A stretch of 64,000 nt of DNA from an uncultured Roseovarius sp. (lineage in GTDB: Bacteria; Pseudomonadota; Alphaproteobacteria; Rhodobacterales; Rhodobacteraceae): positions 1,065 through 65,064 of the forward strand of contig CAYMEC010000003.1 of NCBI GenBank assembly GCA_964389425.1, written 5' to 3'. This document shows, in pieces, positions 19,316 to 29,535 of the stretch (within the stretch, counting starts at the first letter, position 1; each line of letters starts with the position of its first letter). The notes beneath the pieces are model-generated. The model did not search any database, was not told the DNA's origin, and saw only the letters and a list, made by a program, of their open reading frames with translations. The translations under genes were made by a program, and so were the position numbers.

Positions 19316-21385
19316 ATGTCACATTACGCATCCCTTTTCGAGCCTGTGGCCGTTGGTCCGGTCACCTCCCCCAACCGGTTTTACCAAGTGCCCCATGCCT
19401 GCGGTATGGGCCATCTGCGGCCCGGGGCCCATGCGGCCATGCGGGGCACCAAGGCGCGTGGCGGCTGGGGTGTGGTCTGTACCGAGGAATGCGAAATCCA
19501 TCCATCCACCGATCTGTCGCCTTATCCAGAACAGCGGCTGTGGGATGAACGCGATATTCCCGCGCTGTCGCTGATGGTAGAGGCCGTGCATGGCGAAGGA
19601 TCGCTGGCGGGGATTGAGCTTGTCCATAACGGCCATATGGCGAGCAACCTCTACACCCGCCTGCCAGTCCTATCGGTGGGCGAACGGCAATTGGCCGATG
19701 GCTACCCGAAGATGGCACGCGTGATGGACAAGCAAGACATCCGGGACCTGCGCCGCTGGCACAGGCAGGCCGCACGCAACGCCAAACAGGCGGGGTTTGA
19801 CATCATCTATGTCTATGCAGGCCATGAGATGTGCTTGCCGCAACATTTCCTTCTGTCCCGTTACAACCAGCGGATGGACGAATATGGCGGCTCTCTTGAA
19901 AACCGCGCACGGCTTATCCGGGAGTTACTCGAAGAGACCAAGGACGAAGTGGGCGACACCTGCGCGGTTGCCCTGCGGCTGGCCCTTGATGAAAGGCTGG
20001 GAGAAGACGGCATGCAAGCGCGCGAAGAGGGCCGCGCGGTGGTCGAATTGCTGGCTGATCTGCCGGATCTCTGGGACGTCAATCTCTCTGATTGGACGAA
20101 TGACACGCTGTCCTCGCGCTTTGAACCGGGTGAAGGCGCGCAGGTCGATTACATGCGCTTCGTGCGAGAGGTCACGGGTAAGCCAGTGGTGGGCGTCGGG
20201 CGCTATTCCTCCCCCGATCTGATGACAAAGCTGGTGCGCGACGGCGTTCTGGATTTCATCGGGGCCGCGCGCCCTTCCATCGCTGATCCCTATCTGCCCA
20301 CGAAGATCAAGGAAGGCCGGGTCGACGACATACGCGAATGCATCGGCTGCAACATCTGCGCCAGTTGCGAAGGCTTTGGAGTACCCATCCGTTGCACTCA
20401 AAACCCCACCATGGGCGAAGAATGGCGGCGCGGCTGGGATCCGGAGGTGATCGACAGCAAGGTCACTGACACATCCTGTCTTGTCGTGGGCGCGGGTCCA
20501 GCGGGGTTGGAATGCGCCTTGCAACTGGGCCGGCGCGGCTATGACGTGACGCTGGCAGACGCACGGGCCGATTATGGTGGGCGGGCTTTGCTGGAAAGCG
20601 GACTGAAAGGGCTAGGACCGTGGCGGCGGGTGGTGGACAACCGCCTCTATGAACTGCGGCAAATGCCCAACGTAGCGATGTTCAAGGACAGCCGCGTCGA
20701 TATCGATATGGTGGCTGCGGTGCAGGCTGATCACGTCTTCATTGCGACCGGTGCCACGTGGCGCAACGACGGCACAGGCCGGACGCATTTCGCGCCATTC
20801 GCCTGGCATCCGAGCCTCAATATCCTCACACCTGATGACATCATGGCGGGCGCAGAACCCAAGGGACGCATCGTGATCTATGACGATGATCACGGATATA
20901 TGGGCGGGACACTGGCCAGCCATTTGGCGCATCTGAACCCAGTATTTCTGTCTTCCGCGAGCATCGTTGCGCCCTTCACGACCTTCACGTTGGAGCAGGC
21001 CAAACTGCAGTCTGAACTTGTCGAACACGGGCTTGACCTGCAACTCTCCGCCAAAATCTGCGACAGCACGGATGGGGCTCTGACGGTCGCATCTATCTAT
21101 GGCGGGGCCACGCGTCACGTTGTCTGCAATACGCTGATCCTCGTCACGGCGCGGCAGGCGAACATGGGGCTGGCGCGAGAGTTGCGTCAAACCGGGCAGA
21201 AGGTTGAGCTGATCGGGGACGCACTGGCACCGGGGCTGATTGCCGATGCCACCTTCTCGGGTCACCTCGCTGCGCGCTCGCTTGAGGAACGCGCAGACAT
21301 CGTGAACGCCGCGCCTTTCCGCCGGGAAATGACAGAACGGCCAACGATCCCTTCCACACCCCACCTTAAAGGAGCTGCAGAATGA
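19316..21385 (+). CDS. Histamine/trimethylamine dehydrogenase-family Fe-S flavoenzyme
   Basis: NRFYQVPH, GGW..VCTE, RLWD, ECIGCNIC...CTQNP [4Fe-4S] motif, MGEEWRRGW, VVGAGPAG; closest in my recollection to histamine dehydrogenase. Confidence 0.88.
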   Translation: MSHYASLFEPVAVGPVTSPNRFYQVPHACGMGHLRPGAHAAMRGTKARGGWGVVCTEECEIHPSTDLSPYPEQRLWDERDIPALSLMVEAVHGEGSLAGIELVHNGHMASNLYTRLPVLSVGERQLADGYPKMARVMDKQDIRDLRRWHRQAARNAKQAGFDIIYVYAGHEMCLPQHFLLSRYNQRMDEYGGSLENRARLIRELLEETKDEVGDTCAVALRLALDERLGEDGMQAREEGRAVVELLADLPDLWDVNLSDWTNDTLSSRFEPGEGAQVDYMRFVREVTGKPVVGVGRYSSPDLMTKLVRDGVLDFIGAARPSIADPYLPTKIKEGRVDDIRECIGCNICASCEGFGVPIRCTQNPTMGEEWRRGWDPEVIDSKVTDTSCLVVGAGPAGLECALQLGRRGYDVTLADARADYGGRALLESGLKGLGPWRRVVDNRLYELRQMPNVAMFKDSRVDIDMVAAVQADHVFIATGATWRNDGTGRTHFAPFAWHPSLNILTPDDIMAGAEPKGRIVIYDDDHGYMGGTLASHLAHLNPVFLSSASIVAPFTTFTLEQAKLQSELVEHGLDLQLSAKICDSTDGALTVASIYGGATRHVVCNTLILVTARQANMGLARELRQTGQKVELIGDALAPGLIADATFSGHLAARSLEERADIVNAAPFRREMTERPTIPSTPHLKGAAE

Positions 21386-22959
21386 GCGATGTCCAAACCG
21401 CCCCCCGCACCCGTCGCAGAGGCGCAGGGCGCGCCGCCCGTGTCGCGCAACGCGAAGCCGTTGCGCCATCTCCCGCCATCTGGCCGGGTATCCCCGGGGG
21501 CAAGTTCCTGCCACTTGAGCCACGCGATATGGAGCGGGTGCATGACGCCGCGCTCACCATTCTGGAGCGCACCGGCATTGCTGAACCGACCCCTGAATTG
21601 CTGGAGATCGTTCTGCCCAAGGGTGCGGTCTTGAAAGACGGACGGCTCTGCTTTCCGCGCGCCTTGATGGAGGATTTGCTATCGGTTGCGGCCAATGAAT
21701 ACTACGTCCACGCCCGTGGAAGTCGTACGGGGAAGGACGACATTCACTGCCGCAAGAACCACGTCTTCTTTTCCAATTCCGGCACCGCAGTTACCACGTT
21801 CGAACCCGAAACGCGAAGCTACCGCCCGTCGGTTGCAAGGGACATCTATGATTTCACGCGGCTCGTGGATGCGCTGGACAACTATCACATGCTGGGCGCG
21901 ACGGTGCTGGCGACCGATGTGCCGGATGACTTCGAACATGACATGACGCAGGTCTACGCCATGATGGCGGGCTCTGAAAAACCGGCCTGCATGTCCTTCC
22001 GCAAAGCCGAGCATATCAAACCCGCGCTGGAGATTTTCGATCTGGCCTCAGGGGGTGACGGCGCGTTCCTGAAAAAGCCTTCTGTGATTTTCGGCGGATG
22101 TCCCATCGTCTCCCCCCTGCGGTTTGGGCAGGAAAACCTCGAGACGTTGATGGAAGCCAGCCGCCTTGGCCTGACCAGCGACATCGCCGTGGCACCACAA
22201 TCAGGCGCCACTGCCCCTGCCCCGCTGGCCGGGATTCTTGCGCAGGTTGTCGCGGAGACCTTGGCCTGCGTGGCCGTCGTGAACCTGATCACGCCGGGCT
22301 GTCCTGTTTCCTTTGCCGCCTGGCCTTTCATCACCGACCTGCGCACCGGGTCCTTCACTGGCGGCAGCGGGGAACAGGCGATCCTCGCGGCGGCCGCCGT
22401 GCAGATGGGCAATTTCTATGACCTGCCCAATTCCGTGGGGTGCGGCATGACCGATGCCAAGATCCCCGATGCGCAATACGGGTTCGAAAAGGCGCTGACC
22501 TACACGCTTGCCGCCCATGCCGGGGCGAACCGTTTGTGTGAGGTGGGCGGCATGATGGGCTCTCTGATGGGGTGCAGCTTTGAATCCATGGTAATCGACA
22601 ATGACATCATCGGCGCCATAGCCCGCACCCTGCGCGGGATCGAGGTGAGCGATGATACGTTAAGCGTCGACACGATCCACGAATGCGCCACGGGCCCGGG
22701 ACACTACCTGGGGCATGGGCAGACGTTGGAGGTGATGGAATCCGAGTATGTCTATCCCACGCTGATGGATCGCGGCCCCACCGATCAGTGGGAGACCGAA
22801 GGGTCCAAAGACCTCTTTGAGCGCAGTCGGGACCGGGTGCAGGAGATCATGGAAGATCACTTTCCCAACTATCTGAGCCGCGAAGCCAGTGCCAAAATCC
22901 GGGAACGGTTTCCGATAAAACTGTCACCGGCGCACCTGAACCGGTCGCGTATCCGGTGA
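21382..22959 (+). CDS. Trimethylamine methyltransferase (MttB/MtgB superfamily), non-pyrrolysine
   Basis: Arg-rich N-terminus, SPLRF, SGATAPAPLAG, DLRTG..TGG..EQ, DAKIPDAQ.G.EK, VIDNDI; no in-frame TAG. Confidence 0.9.
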   Translation: MSDVQTAPRTRRRGAGRAARVAQREAVAPSPAIWPGIPGGKFLPLEPRDMERVHDAALTILERTGIAEPTPELLEIVLPKGAVLKDGRLCFPRALMEDLLSVAANEYYVHARGSRTGKDDIHCRKNHVFFSNSGTAVTTFEPETRSYRPSVARDIYDFTRLVDALDNYHMLGATVLATDVPDDFEHDMTQVYAMMAGSEKPACMSFRKAEHIKPALEIFDLASGGDGAFLKKPSVIFGGCPIVSPLRFGQENLETLMEASRLGLTSDIAVAPQSGATAPAPLAGILAQVVAETLACVAVVNLITPGCPVSFAAWPFITDLRTGSFTGGSGEQAILAAAAVQMGNFYDLPNSVGCGMTDAKIPDAQYGFEKALTYTLAAHAGANRLCEVGGMMGSLMGCSFESMVIDNDIIGAIARTLRGIEVSDDTLSVDTIHECATGPGHYLGHGQTLEVMESEYVYPTLMDRGPTDQWETEGSKDLFERSRDRVQEIMEDHFPNYLSREASAKIRERFPIKLSPAHLNRSRIR

Positions 22960-24221
22960 CGGCGCTCGCTCAAACCTCGTCCTTGAAATCCATCGCCTCG
23001 ATCCTGCTGTGCGTCGGGTTTCTGGTGGCGGGCAATGGGCTGTTTCAAACGCTCTTTCCCTTACGCGCGGATGCCGAAGGGTTCCCGGTCGTCGTCATCG
23101 GCTTTCTCGGCACCGCCTATTTCGCAGGCTTTGCCATCGGGTGTTTCTGGTGCCCTCGGATCATCAAGTCATCAGGGCATATTCAGGCTTTTGCGGGCGT
23201 TGCCGCGCTGACCACGGCCATATCGCTTGCGTTTCCGATCCTGCCCGATGCCTACACCTGGGCGCTTCTTCGTTTTTTGCAAGGCATTGCTTTTGCCGCA
23301 CTTTTCGTTGTCATCGAAAGCTGGCTCAACGATTGCTCGGACAATTCCAATCGCGGGCGCGTACTGTCAGGCTACATCATCGTGTCCAATCTCATGATGA
23401 TTGCAGGGCAGTTGATGATCAATCTCTACGCGGTCGAGGCAGATAAGCATTTCATTCTCGCTGGGATTTTGATCTGCCTGGCCATCGTGCCCCTCACGCT
23501 TGTACGCATCACGGCACCCACGCCGATCACCACCGCGCGGATCGATTTGCGCGCCCTCTACCGCCTGTCACCCGTGGGATTGATCGGGTGCTTCCTCGTC
23601 GGCACGGCGGAAGGTGCGTTCTGGTCACTTGGCCCGGTTTTTGCCCAGTTGCGGGAATTTGACGTGAGCGATGTGGCCTTCCTGATGGCCGCCTTTGTGC
23701 TGGGTGGCACTCTGAGCCAATGGCCACTTGGGTGGCTCAGCGACAGGGCGGATCGCCGCTATATCATTGCAGCACTTGCCTTTGGCAGCGTCTGCACGGG
23801 GCTTGTGATCGGCTATGTGGATCTGACAGGCGATGCCGCGATTTTCGCGCTAGCCGTGGCCCATGGCGCGCTCATGGTGCCGCTTTACGCCATGTGCCTC
23901 AGCCATGCCAATGACTACGCGCCGAATTCCAAAATGGTTGAAATCAGCAGCGGGCTCTTGCTGGCCTACGCCACAGGGGCTGCGCTTGGACCGGTAGTGG
24001 CCTCTGTCTTCATGGGGCCGGATGGCAGCGGACTTTTTGCGTTCATTGCCTTCGTTCTTCTGATCCTTGGTGTGTTCACCTGTTTGCGGATCGTCAGTCA
24101 CAACCGCGATTATGATTATGAGGAGCGCGCGGAGTTTGTGCCGGTGCCCAAAACCACATCCGTTGTGTTCTCGCTTGAGGAAGACGATGAGGTTGCAGCT
24201 AGCCCTCCTCCACCTGCATGA
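22956..24221 (+). CDS. MFS transporter (YcaD-like)
   Basis: About 12 hydrophobic segments, ESWLN...RG.VLS.Y and QWPLGWLSDR.DRR motifs; GTG start overlapping the mttB stop. Confidence 0.88.
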   Translation: MTALAQTSSLKSIASILLCVGFLVAGNGLFQTLFPLRADAEGFPVVVIGFLGTAYFAGFAIGCFWCPRIIKSSGHIQAFAGVAALTTAISLAFPILPDAYTWALLRFLQGIAFAALFVVIESWLNDCSDNSNRGRVLSGYIIVSNLMMIAGQLMINLYAVEADKHFILAGILICLAIVPLTLVRITAPTPITTARIDLRALYRLSPVGLIGCFLVGTAEGAFWSLGPVFAQLREFDVSDVAFLMAAFVLGGTLSQWPLGWLSDRADRRYIIAALAFGSVCTGLVIGYVDLTGDAAIFALAVAHGALMVPLYAMCLSHANDYAPNSKMVEISSGLLLAYATGAALGPVVASVFMGPDGSGLFAFIAFVLLILGVFTCLRIVSHNRDYDYEERAEFVPVPKTTSVVFSLEEDDEVAASPPPPA

Positions 24222-26304
24222 GCACATCCACCGCCAGAACGCCGTCTTCGTAGACAAAAAGCGGATTGATCTCCAGTTCGACCACCTGACCCGCTCGGGC
24301 GACCACCTGGTTCGCCAAACCGGCAAGCGCGGCCGTAACACACGCCATATCGGCCCTTGGCCCGCCCCGGAACCCGTCCAGCAGTTTCGCCACGCGCAAA
24401 ACGGCCAAGGCCCGGGCAATATCCGCCTCTGTCGCAGGTAGCAGCAGGGTGGATACGTCTTCAAGAAGCTCCACCAGCACGCCGCCACTGCCCAGGGTCA
24501 TGGACAACCCGAATTGCGGGTCGCGGCGGATCCCCACAATCAATTCGGCCAAAGGACGCGGTGCCATGGGTTCCAACAGGAACGTGTCCGTTACCGCGGT
24601 TTCAGAATATTGCGCGACCGATGCTTGCATCGTGTTTGCTGCTGTCACCAACGCGTCAGCCGTGTCTATCCCCAAGGCGACAGCCCCGGCTTCGGTTTTG
24701 TGGGCAAGCTCTGCGCCCATCATCTTCAAAGCAAGAGGATAACCCACCTTTTCCGCCGCAGAGATCAGGCCATCCACATCGGCCAAATGTCCCGCAGGGA
24801 CGGGAAACCCGGCCTCCGCCAGATATGCTTTGCCCTCCGCCTCATTCAACCTGCGGGGCGTTTGTGCCTCTGTCGTCATCACAATCGGCGGGGCGGGCGC
24901 GCCCAATATCCGAGTCCGCGCGGCCTGCCACCGCGCCGCATCCCGCATAGCGTCCAGCGTCTCATGAATGCCCTGCATCGGGGCAATGCCGCGCGCGATG
25001 AAGGCCTCTCGAATATGCGCAGGCATGTTTTCAGGGATCGTCGCGCAGATCGCAGCAGGCAGGCCCACGGAAACGGCAGCATCTGCAAAGGCATGACCAT
25101 CGTTGGTATAGAAATACTCACCCTCATCCAGACCGGGGGCGGGGTAATCCTGCACCAGAAGCGTGGCATCTGACGGGATCGTCTCCATGGCAGAGGCAAA
25201 GACCGGACGGGTGAGATCAGGCTGGCCCCAGATGGGCGTCGTGTAGTCGAGCGGGTTGCTGACCGTTGCGATGGGCGGCAGCAATTCTGTCAGGGTTTTG
25301 CGGGCTTTGTCATCAGGTTCCGGGAAGTTAAGCCCGATCACTTCGGCATAGTCCGCCAGCATCGTGGCCCCGCCGCCTGAACAGGTGAAGCCCATTATCC
25401 GCGCGCCTCTCGGCGCTCCTGAAACACAGAGGAACTTAAGAGTTTCAAGAAGTTGGGAAGGGTTGGTCACGCGGATTACGCCCAAACGGTCGAAGAGCGC
25501 GTCATACAGCGTATCTGACCCAGCCAGTGACCCAGTGTGGCTGAGCGTGAGAGTTTCACCAATGGAGGAACTGCCCGTTTTCAGCGCTACAACCGGTTTG
25601 CCCCCACGCATGGCCTTCAGCGCGGCCCGCTCAAAGGCTGACACGTCCGAGAGGCCTTCGATATGCAAACCGATCGCACGCACTTCTTCGCGTTCGCACA
25701 AAAGATCCAATAGTTCTGTCAGGCCAAGATCCGCCTGATTGCCGACAGAAGCCATATAGGCCATGGGCAAAGACCGCTGGCTCATCGTGATGTCCGACGA
25801 AAACATCCCCGACTGCGTGATGATCGCCGCACCAAAGCCGGGACAGGTGCCGCCATGGGCAAACGGCCAGAGCGCACAGTTGCCCACGTAGTTGATCAGC
25901 CCGTAGCAATTTGGACCAATCAGAACCATGTCACCCAGCGCATCCTTCAGCGCCTCTTCAAGCGCCTGACCTTCCTCATGGGCCTCCCCGAACCCGGCGG
26001 AATAACAGATGATCCCGCCCGCGCCCCGCGCCGAAAGCCCCCGGATTGTTTCCGGCACATGTTTGGCAGGGATCGCAAGGAAGACCGCATCAGGGGCTTG
26101 GGGAAGATCGTCAATGCTGGCCACGCAGGGCAACCCGGCCAGCGTATCGCGTCGTGGATTGACCACCCACATCTCGCCCTGAAACCCCGCCCGGCGCGCC
26201 TCTCCGATCGCCACGGCGGCATCTGTGCCACCGATGAAAGCGATGTGTCCGGGGTTGAGCAGCCGCTCGAAGTTTCGCCGTTTGGCAGGGGTCACGCGGG
26301 TCAC
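24199..26304 (-). CDS. NDP-forming acyl-CoA synthetase (fused alpha/beta; BcoAB-like candidate)
   Basis: N-terminal CoA-binding domain, GPNCYG, QSG, SVGNQAD, SHTG phospho-His, C-terminal ATP-grasp HKTEAG...ELEINP. Confidence 0.85.
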   Translation of the reverse strand: MTRVTPAKRRNFERLLNPGHIAFIGGTDAAVAIGEARRAGFQGEMWVVNPRRDTLAGLPCVASIDDLPQAPDAVFLAIPAKHVPETIRGLSARGAGGIICYSAGFGEAHEEGQALEEALKDALGDMVLIGPNCYGLINYVGNCALWPFAHGGTCPGFGAAIITQSGMFSSDITMSQRSLPMAYMASVGNQADLGLTELLDLLCEREEVRAIGLHIEGLSDVSAFERAALKAMRGGKPVVALKTGSSSIGETLTLSHTGSLAGSDTLYDALFDRLGVIRVTNPSQLLETLKFLCVSGAPRGARIMGFTCSGGGATMLADYAEVIGLNFPEPDDKARKTLTELLPPIATVSNPLDYTTPIWGQPDLTRPVFASAMETIPSDATLLVQDYPAPGLDEGEYFYTNDGHAFADAAVSVGLPAAICATIPENMPAHIREAFIARGIAPMQGIHETLDAMRDAARWQAARTRILGAPAPPIVMTTEAQTPRRLNEAEGKAYLAEAGFPVPAGHLADVDGLISAAEKVGYPLALKMMGAELAHKTEAGAVALGIDTADALVTAANTMQASVAQYSETAVTDTFLLEPMAPRPLAELIVGIRRDPQFGLSMTLGSGGVLVELLEDVSTLLLPATEADIARALAVLRVAKLLDGFRGGPRADMACVTAALAGLANQVVARAGQVVELEINPLFVYEDGVLAVDVLMQVEEG

Positions 26305-27461
26305 GCCCCAAGCGGGCGCAGGATCGACCGGGTGATGATATGGCGCTGAATTTCGCTGGTGCCGTCCCAGATGCGTTCGAGCCGGGAATCACGCCAAAGG
26401 CGTTGGATAGCCAGTTCTTCCATCAGCCCCATACCGCCATGGATTTGCACCGCGTCATCGGCGATCCGACCCAGTATTTCGGAACAAAACACCTTTACCA
26501 TCGCGGCATCCTGATCCGCCATCTGACCCTGCTCGTGGCGAGCCACTGCGTCATCCACCATCAGATCCGCCGCGCGCAGGTTCATCGCGCCATCCGCCAA
26601 GCGGAACCCTGTCGCCTGAAACTGACCGATAGGTTTGCCAAACTGTTTGCGGTTCGCGGCCCAGTCCGTGGCCATCTCCAGAATGCGTTCGGCCTTGCCA
26701 CAGCAGGATGCGCCGACCCAGATGCGGCCCATGCCCAGCCACTGGCCCGCAATCTCAAATCCCCGCCCCTCTTCGCCGAGGATCTTGTCCGGCCCAACGC
26801 GCACATTGTCGAAGCTGAGCGCATAGGTCTTGTAACCACGGTAACTGACGGATTTCGTTCCCTCGCGGCAATCAAACCCCTTCAGGCCCACATCCACCAG
26901 AAACGCCGTCACGCGTTTGCGTTTGCCCCTTGGCGTGTCATCCTCACCCGTCGCGGCAAAAACGATGGCAAAGTCAGGCATGCAGGGACCAGAGATGAAG
27001 TGTTTGGACCCATTGAGGATCCAGTCATCACCATCCCGCACGGCATTCGATTTCATACCCATGGCATCGGACCCGGCCTCGGGTTCGGTCAGCGCAAAAA
27101 GCTCGCGTTTGTCGCCCCGCACGCAAGGCAGCAGATACTCCTCGCGCTGGTCGCCCTCACAGGCCAGCAAAATCTCCGTCGGGCGCGCGGCCCATGCATG
27201 CAGGGCATGAGTCGTTTTGCCGTATTCACGCTCAATCAGCTTTTGCGCGCGCAGGGACACGCCGCCGCCACCAACGTCTTCGGGCAGGTTGCAGGCATAC
27301 AGGCCCAGCTCTTTCGATCGCGCTTCAATTTGGCGGCCCAAATCCTCGGGCACCTCGCCCGTGCGGTCCACCATCTCTTCATGAGGGTAGCATTCTTCCT
27401 CAAGAAACCCGCGCACAGTGGCCAGAAGCAGTTCTTCTTCGTGGGACATATGCATGTTCAT
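26301..27461 (-). CDS. Acyl-CoA dehydrogenase (BcoC-like candidate)
   Basis: FALTEPEAGSD, GSKHFIS, RKQFG, QIHGGMG, IWDGTSEIQR. Confidence 0.92.
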   Translation of the reverse strand: MNMHMSHEEELLLATVRGFLEEECYPHEEMVDRTGEVPEDLGRQIEARSKELGLYACNLPEDVGGGGVSLRAQKLIEREYGKTTHALHAWAARPTEILLACEGDQREEYLLPCVRGDKRELFALTEPEAGSDAMGMKSNAVRDGDDWILNGSKHFISGPCMPDFAIVFAATGEDDTPRGKRKRVTAFLVDVGLKGFDCREGTKSVSYRGYKTYALSFDNVRVGPDKILGEEGRGFEIAGQWLGMGRIWVGASCCGKAERILEMATDWAANRKQFGKPIGQFQATGFRLADGAMNLRAADLMVDDAVARHEQGQMADQDAAMVKVFCSEILGRIADDAVQIHGGMGLMEELAIQRLWRDSRLERIWDGTSEIQRHIITRSILRPLGA

Positions 27462-27472
27462 CGCGTGCTCCT

Positions 27473-28363
27473 CTAACTGTCCGCGCCGCGCAGACGCAGT
27501 TTGTTGCGCGCTTCTTGCGGCGTGAGGGCACGACCGCCCATGCGCTCGATGATCTCGACGACACGCGTCACAAGCTGGCCGTTGGTGGCCGGCACACCGC
27601 GATCAAGCCAGATGTTGTCCTCCAGTCCCACACGCACATTGCCACCCAGGGCGACGGCAGCAGCGGCCATCGGCATCTGCATTCGGCTGATCCCAAAACT
27701 GGCCCAGCTGGCACCGGGGGGGAGTTGGGATTTCATCGCCGACATAATCTCTACCGACTGATCCGCACCCCAAGGGATGCCGAGGCAGAGCTGGAACATA
27801 GGCGGAGCATCGATCAGACCCTCATCGACCATAGCCTTTGCAAAACGGATATGGCCCAGATCGAACACCTCAAGTTCCGGCTTCACGCCCCACTCCTGCG
27901 TCAGCGACGCCATTCGGCGCAACATGGGCGGGGTGGAGATGTAAATCTCGTCCCCATTGCCGAAATTGAGCGTCCCGCAATCGAGCGAACAGATCTCCGG
28001 CATGCATTCCTTGATATGGGCAAGGCGTTCTTCCGCGCCGATCATATCGGTGCCGGGGCCGGGCATGGCAGGATCATCGGCGGAAGGGGTCCAATCCCCG
28101 CCCATCCCGGCGGTCAGATTGATCACGACATCGGTGTCAGACGCCCGAACCAGATCCACCGCTTCCTTGAAAAGCCCTGTATCGCGGGATCCTTTGCCTG
28201 TCTCAGGGTCGCGCACATGAAGATGGGTAATGGCCGCACCGGCCTTCGCCGCCTCGATGGCCGCATCCGCAATTTGGCGCGGCGCAACCGGCACGTGCGG
28301 GTTCTTGGCAGTGGTGTCTCCCGCACCCGTCACGGCGCATGTCACGATGACATCGAAATTCAT
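27473..28363 (-). CDS. Beta-keto acid cleavage enzyme (BKACE/DUF849), CdhC-like dehydrocarnitine-cleavage type
   Basis: [32 protein letters not shown]; strongly resembles remembered Pseudomonas CdhC sequence. Confidence 0.88.
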   Translation of the reverse strand: MNFDVIVTCAVTGAGDTTAKNPHVPVAPRQIADAAIEAAKAGAAITHLHVRDPETGKGSRDTGLFKEAVDLVRASDTDVVINLTAGMGGDWTPSADDPAMPGPGTDMIGAEERLAHIKECMPEICSLDCGTLNFGNGDEIYISTPPMLRRMASLTQEWGVKPELEVFDLGHIRFAKAMVDEGLIDAPPMFQLCLGIPWGADQSVEIMSAMKSQLPPGASWASFGISRMQMPMAAAAVALGGNVRVGLEDNIWLDRGVPATNGQLVTRVVEIIERMGGRALTPQEARNKLRLRGADS

Positions 28364-28413
28364 GGGCTCTCTCCCTCTTGTCCCGAGTTTGGGCAGGGAT
28401 GCCGCGAATAATG

Positions 28414-28453
28414 TCGATTTTTCGCCATTGCCGATCTATAAAATGGCGATAAA
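28414..28453. promoter_or_regulatory. Inverted TCGCCATT repeats in the BKACE/GlxA divergent promoter
   Basis: TCGCCATT (28422-28429) and AATGGCGA (28442-28449) with a 12-nt spacer; TCGATTTTTCGCC (28414-28426) recurs at 34149-34161 on the minus strand. Confidence 0.6.
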
Positions 28454-28482
28454 GTTTACCAAGCGCAGGACGAGACAGGGCG

Positions 28483-29535
28483 ATGTCATCGACAGCAAAA
28501 TCAGCCGAGCCAAAGCGGATCGCCTGCATCCTGCTGCCGCGTTTCAACATGATGGGTATGGTCAGTTTGCTGGAGCCAGTTCGCATTGCCAACTACCTCT
28601 CCGAGGCGCCGCTTTACCAGCATACGTTCCACGCATCCAAGGCCGGTTCAGTTCCCGCGAGCAATGGCATGGAAATCACTTGCGATGGCCTGCCAGAGGC
28701 ACTGACACGAGATGACATCGTGTTCGTGGCGGGCAGTTGGGGGGCGGAAACCTACGATGATCCTGCGCTCTTGGCTTGGCTCAGACGGCAGGCACGGCTT
28801 GGTATCCGACTCTGCGCCCTGGAGATGGCCAGTTATGTCTTTGCCCATGCGGGATTGCTGGCGGGGCGGCAGGCGACGGCCCATTGGTCCTATCTTGCGG
28901 GGTTTCAGGAGAAATTTCCCGACATTCTGGCCGCCGAGCAGCTTTTCACCTTAGATGGCGGCATCATGACCTGCGCAGGGCTGACCGCAGCGAGTGACTT
29001 GATCTTGCATCTCATTGGGGAGGACCACGGTGCGCCACTGGTGGGGGAAATATCCGATATCATCATGCATCACCCGGTGCGCCCCGCGCAAACGCCACAA
29101 CGCAAGACCATGGGCCGCGGGGTGGAAACGCTGCCCGAAAGCGTGCAGACGGCGATTGATCTGATTGAGCGCAATATCACGGAACCGCTGCGCGTCCCGG
29201 ATATCGCCCGCGCGGTGGGTATTTCGCAACGCCAGTTGGAACGACAGTTCAACCAGACCATCGGTTGCTCGGTTGTGCAGTTCGGAATGCTGCTCAGGCT
29301 GCAACACGCGCGGGTTCTGCTGATTTCCACGGATCTCAGCGTACGGGAGATCTCAGCCGCGTCAGGGTTCAATTCGCTGTCGCATTTTGCCTATGCGTTC
29401 CGAAAATGCTTTGACCGGCGGCCCAGTGAATACCGGCACGCCTGGCCGGATGGCGAGGACGCACCGAGTTGGCCGGGGACATTGGCAAAGTATCTCGATA
29501 CGCTTCAGGTCAACCAGCGGGTGCGGGGAGACTAA
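28483..29535 (+). CDS. GlxA-family AraC regulator (DJ-1/PfpI sensor + HTH; CdhR/GbdR-like)
   Basis: LEPVRIAN, GLLAGRQATAHW, TCAG, C-terminal SQRQLERQF...SGFNSLSHFAYAFR. Confidence 0.92.
   Translation: MSSTAKSAEPKRIACILLPRFNMMGMVSLLEPVRIANYLSEAPLYQHTFHASKAGSVPASNGMEITCDGLPEALTRDDIVFVAGSWGAETYDDPALLAWLRRQARLGIRLCALEMASYVFAHAGLLAGRQATAHWSYLAGFQEKFPDILAAEQLFTLDGGIMTCAGLTAASDLILHLIGEDHGAPLVGEISDIIMHHPVRPAQTPQRKTMGRGVETLPESVQTAIDLIERNITEPLRVPDIARAVGISQRQLERQFNQTIGCSVVQFGMLLRLQHARVLLISTDLSVREISAASGFNSLSHFAYAFRKCFDRRPSEYRHAWPDGEDAPSWPGTLAKYLDTLQVNQRVRGD

Noticed and set aside
21382-22959. Pyrrolysine-containing MttB
   Set aside because: The reading frame is continuous with no in-frame TAG, and there are no pyl genes.
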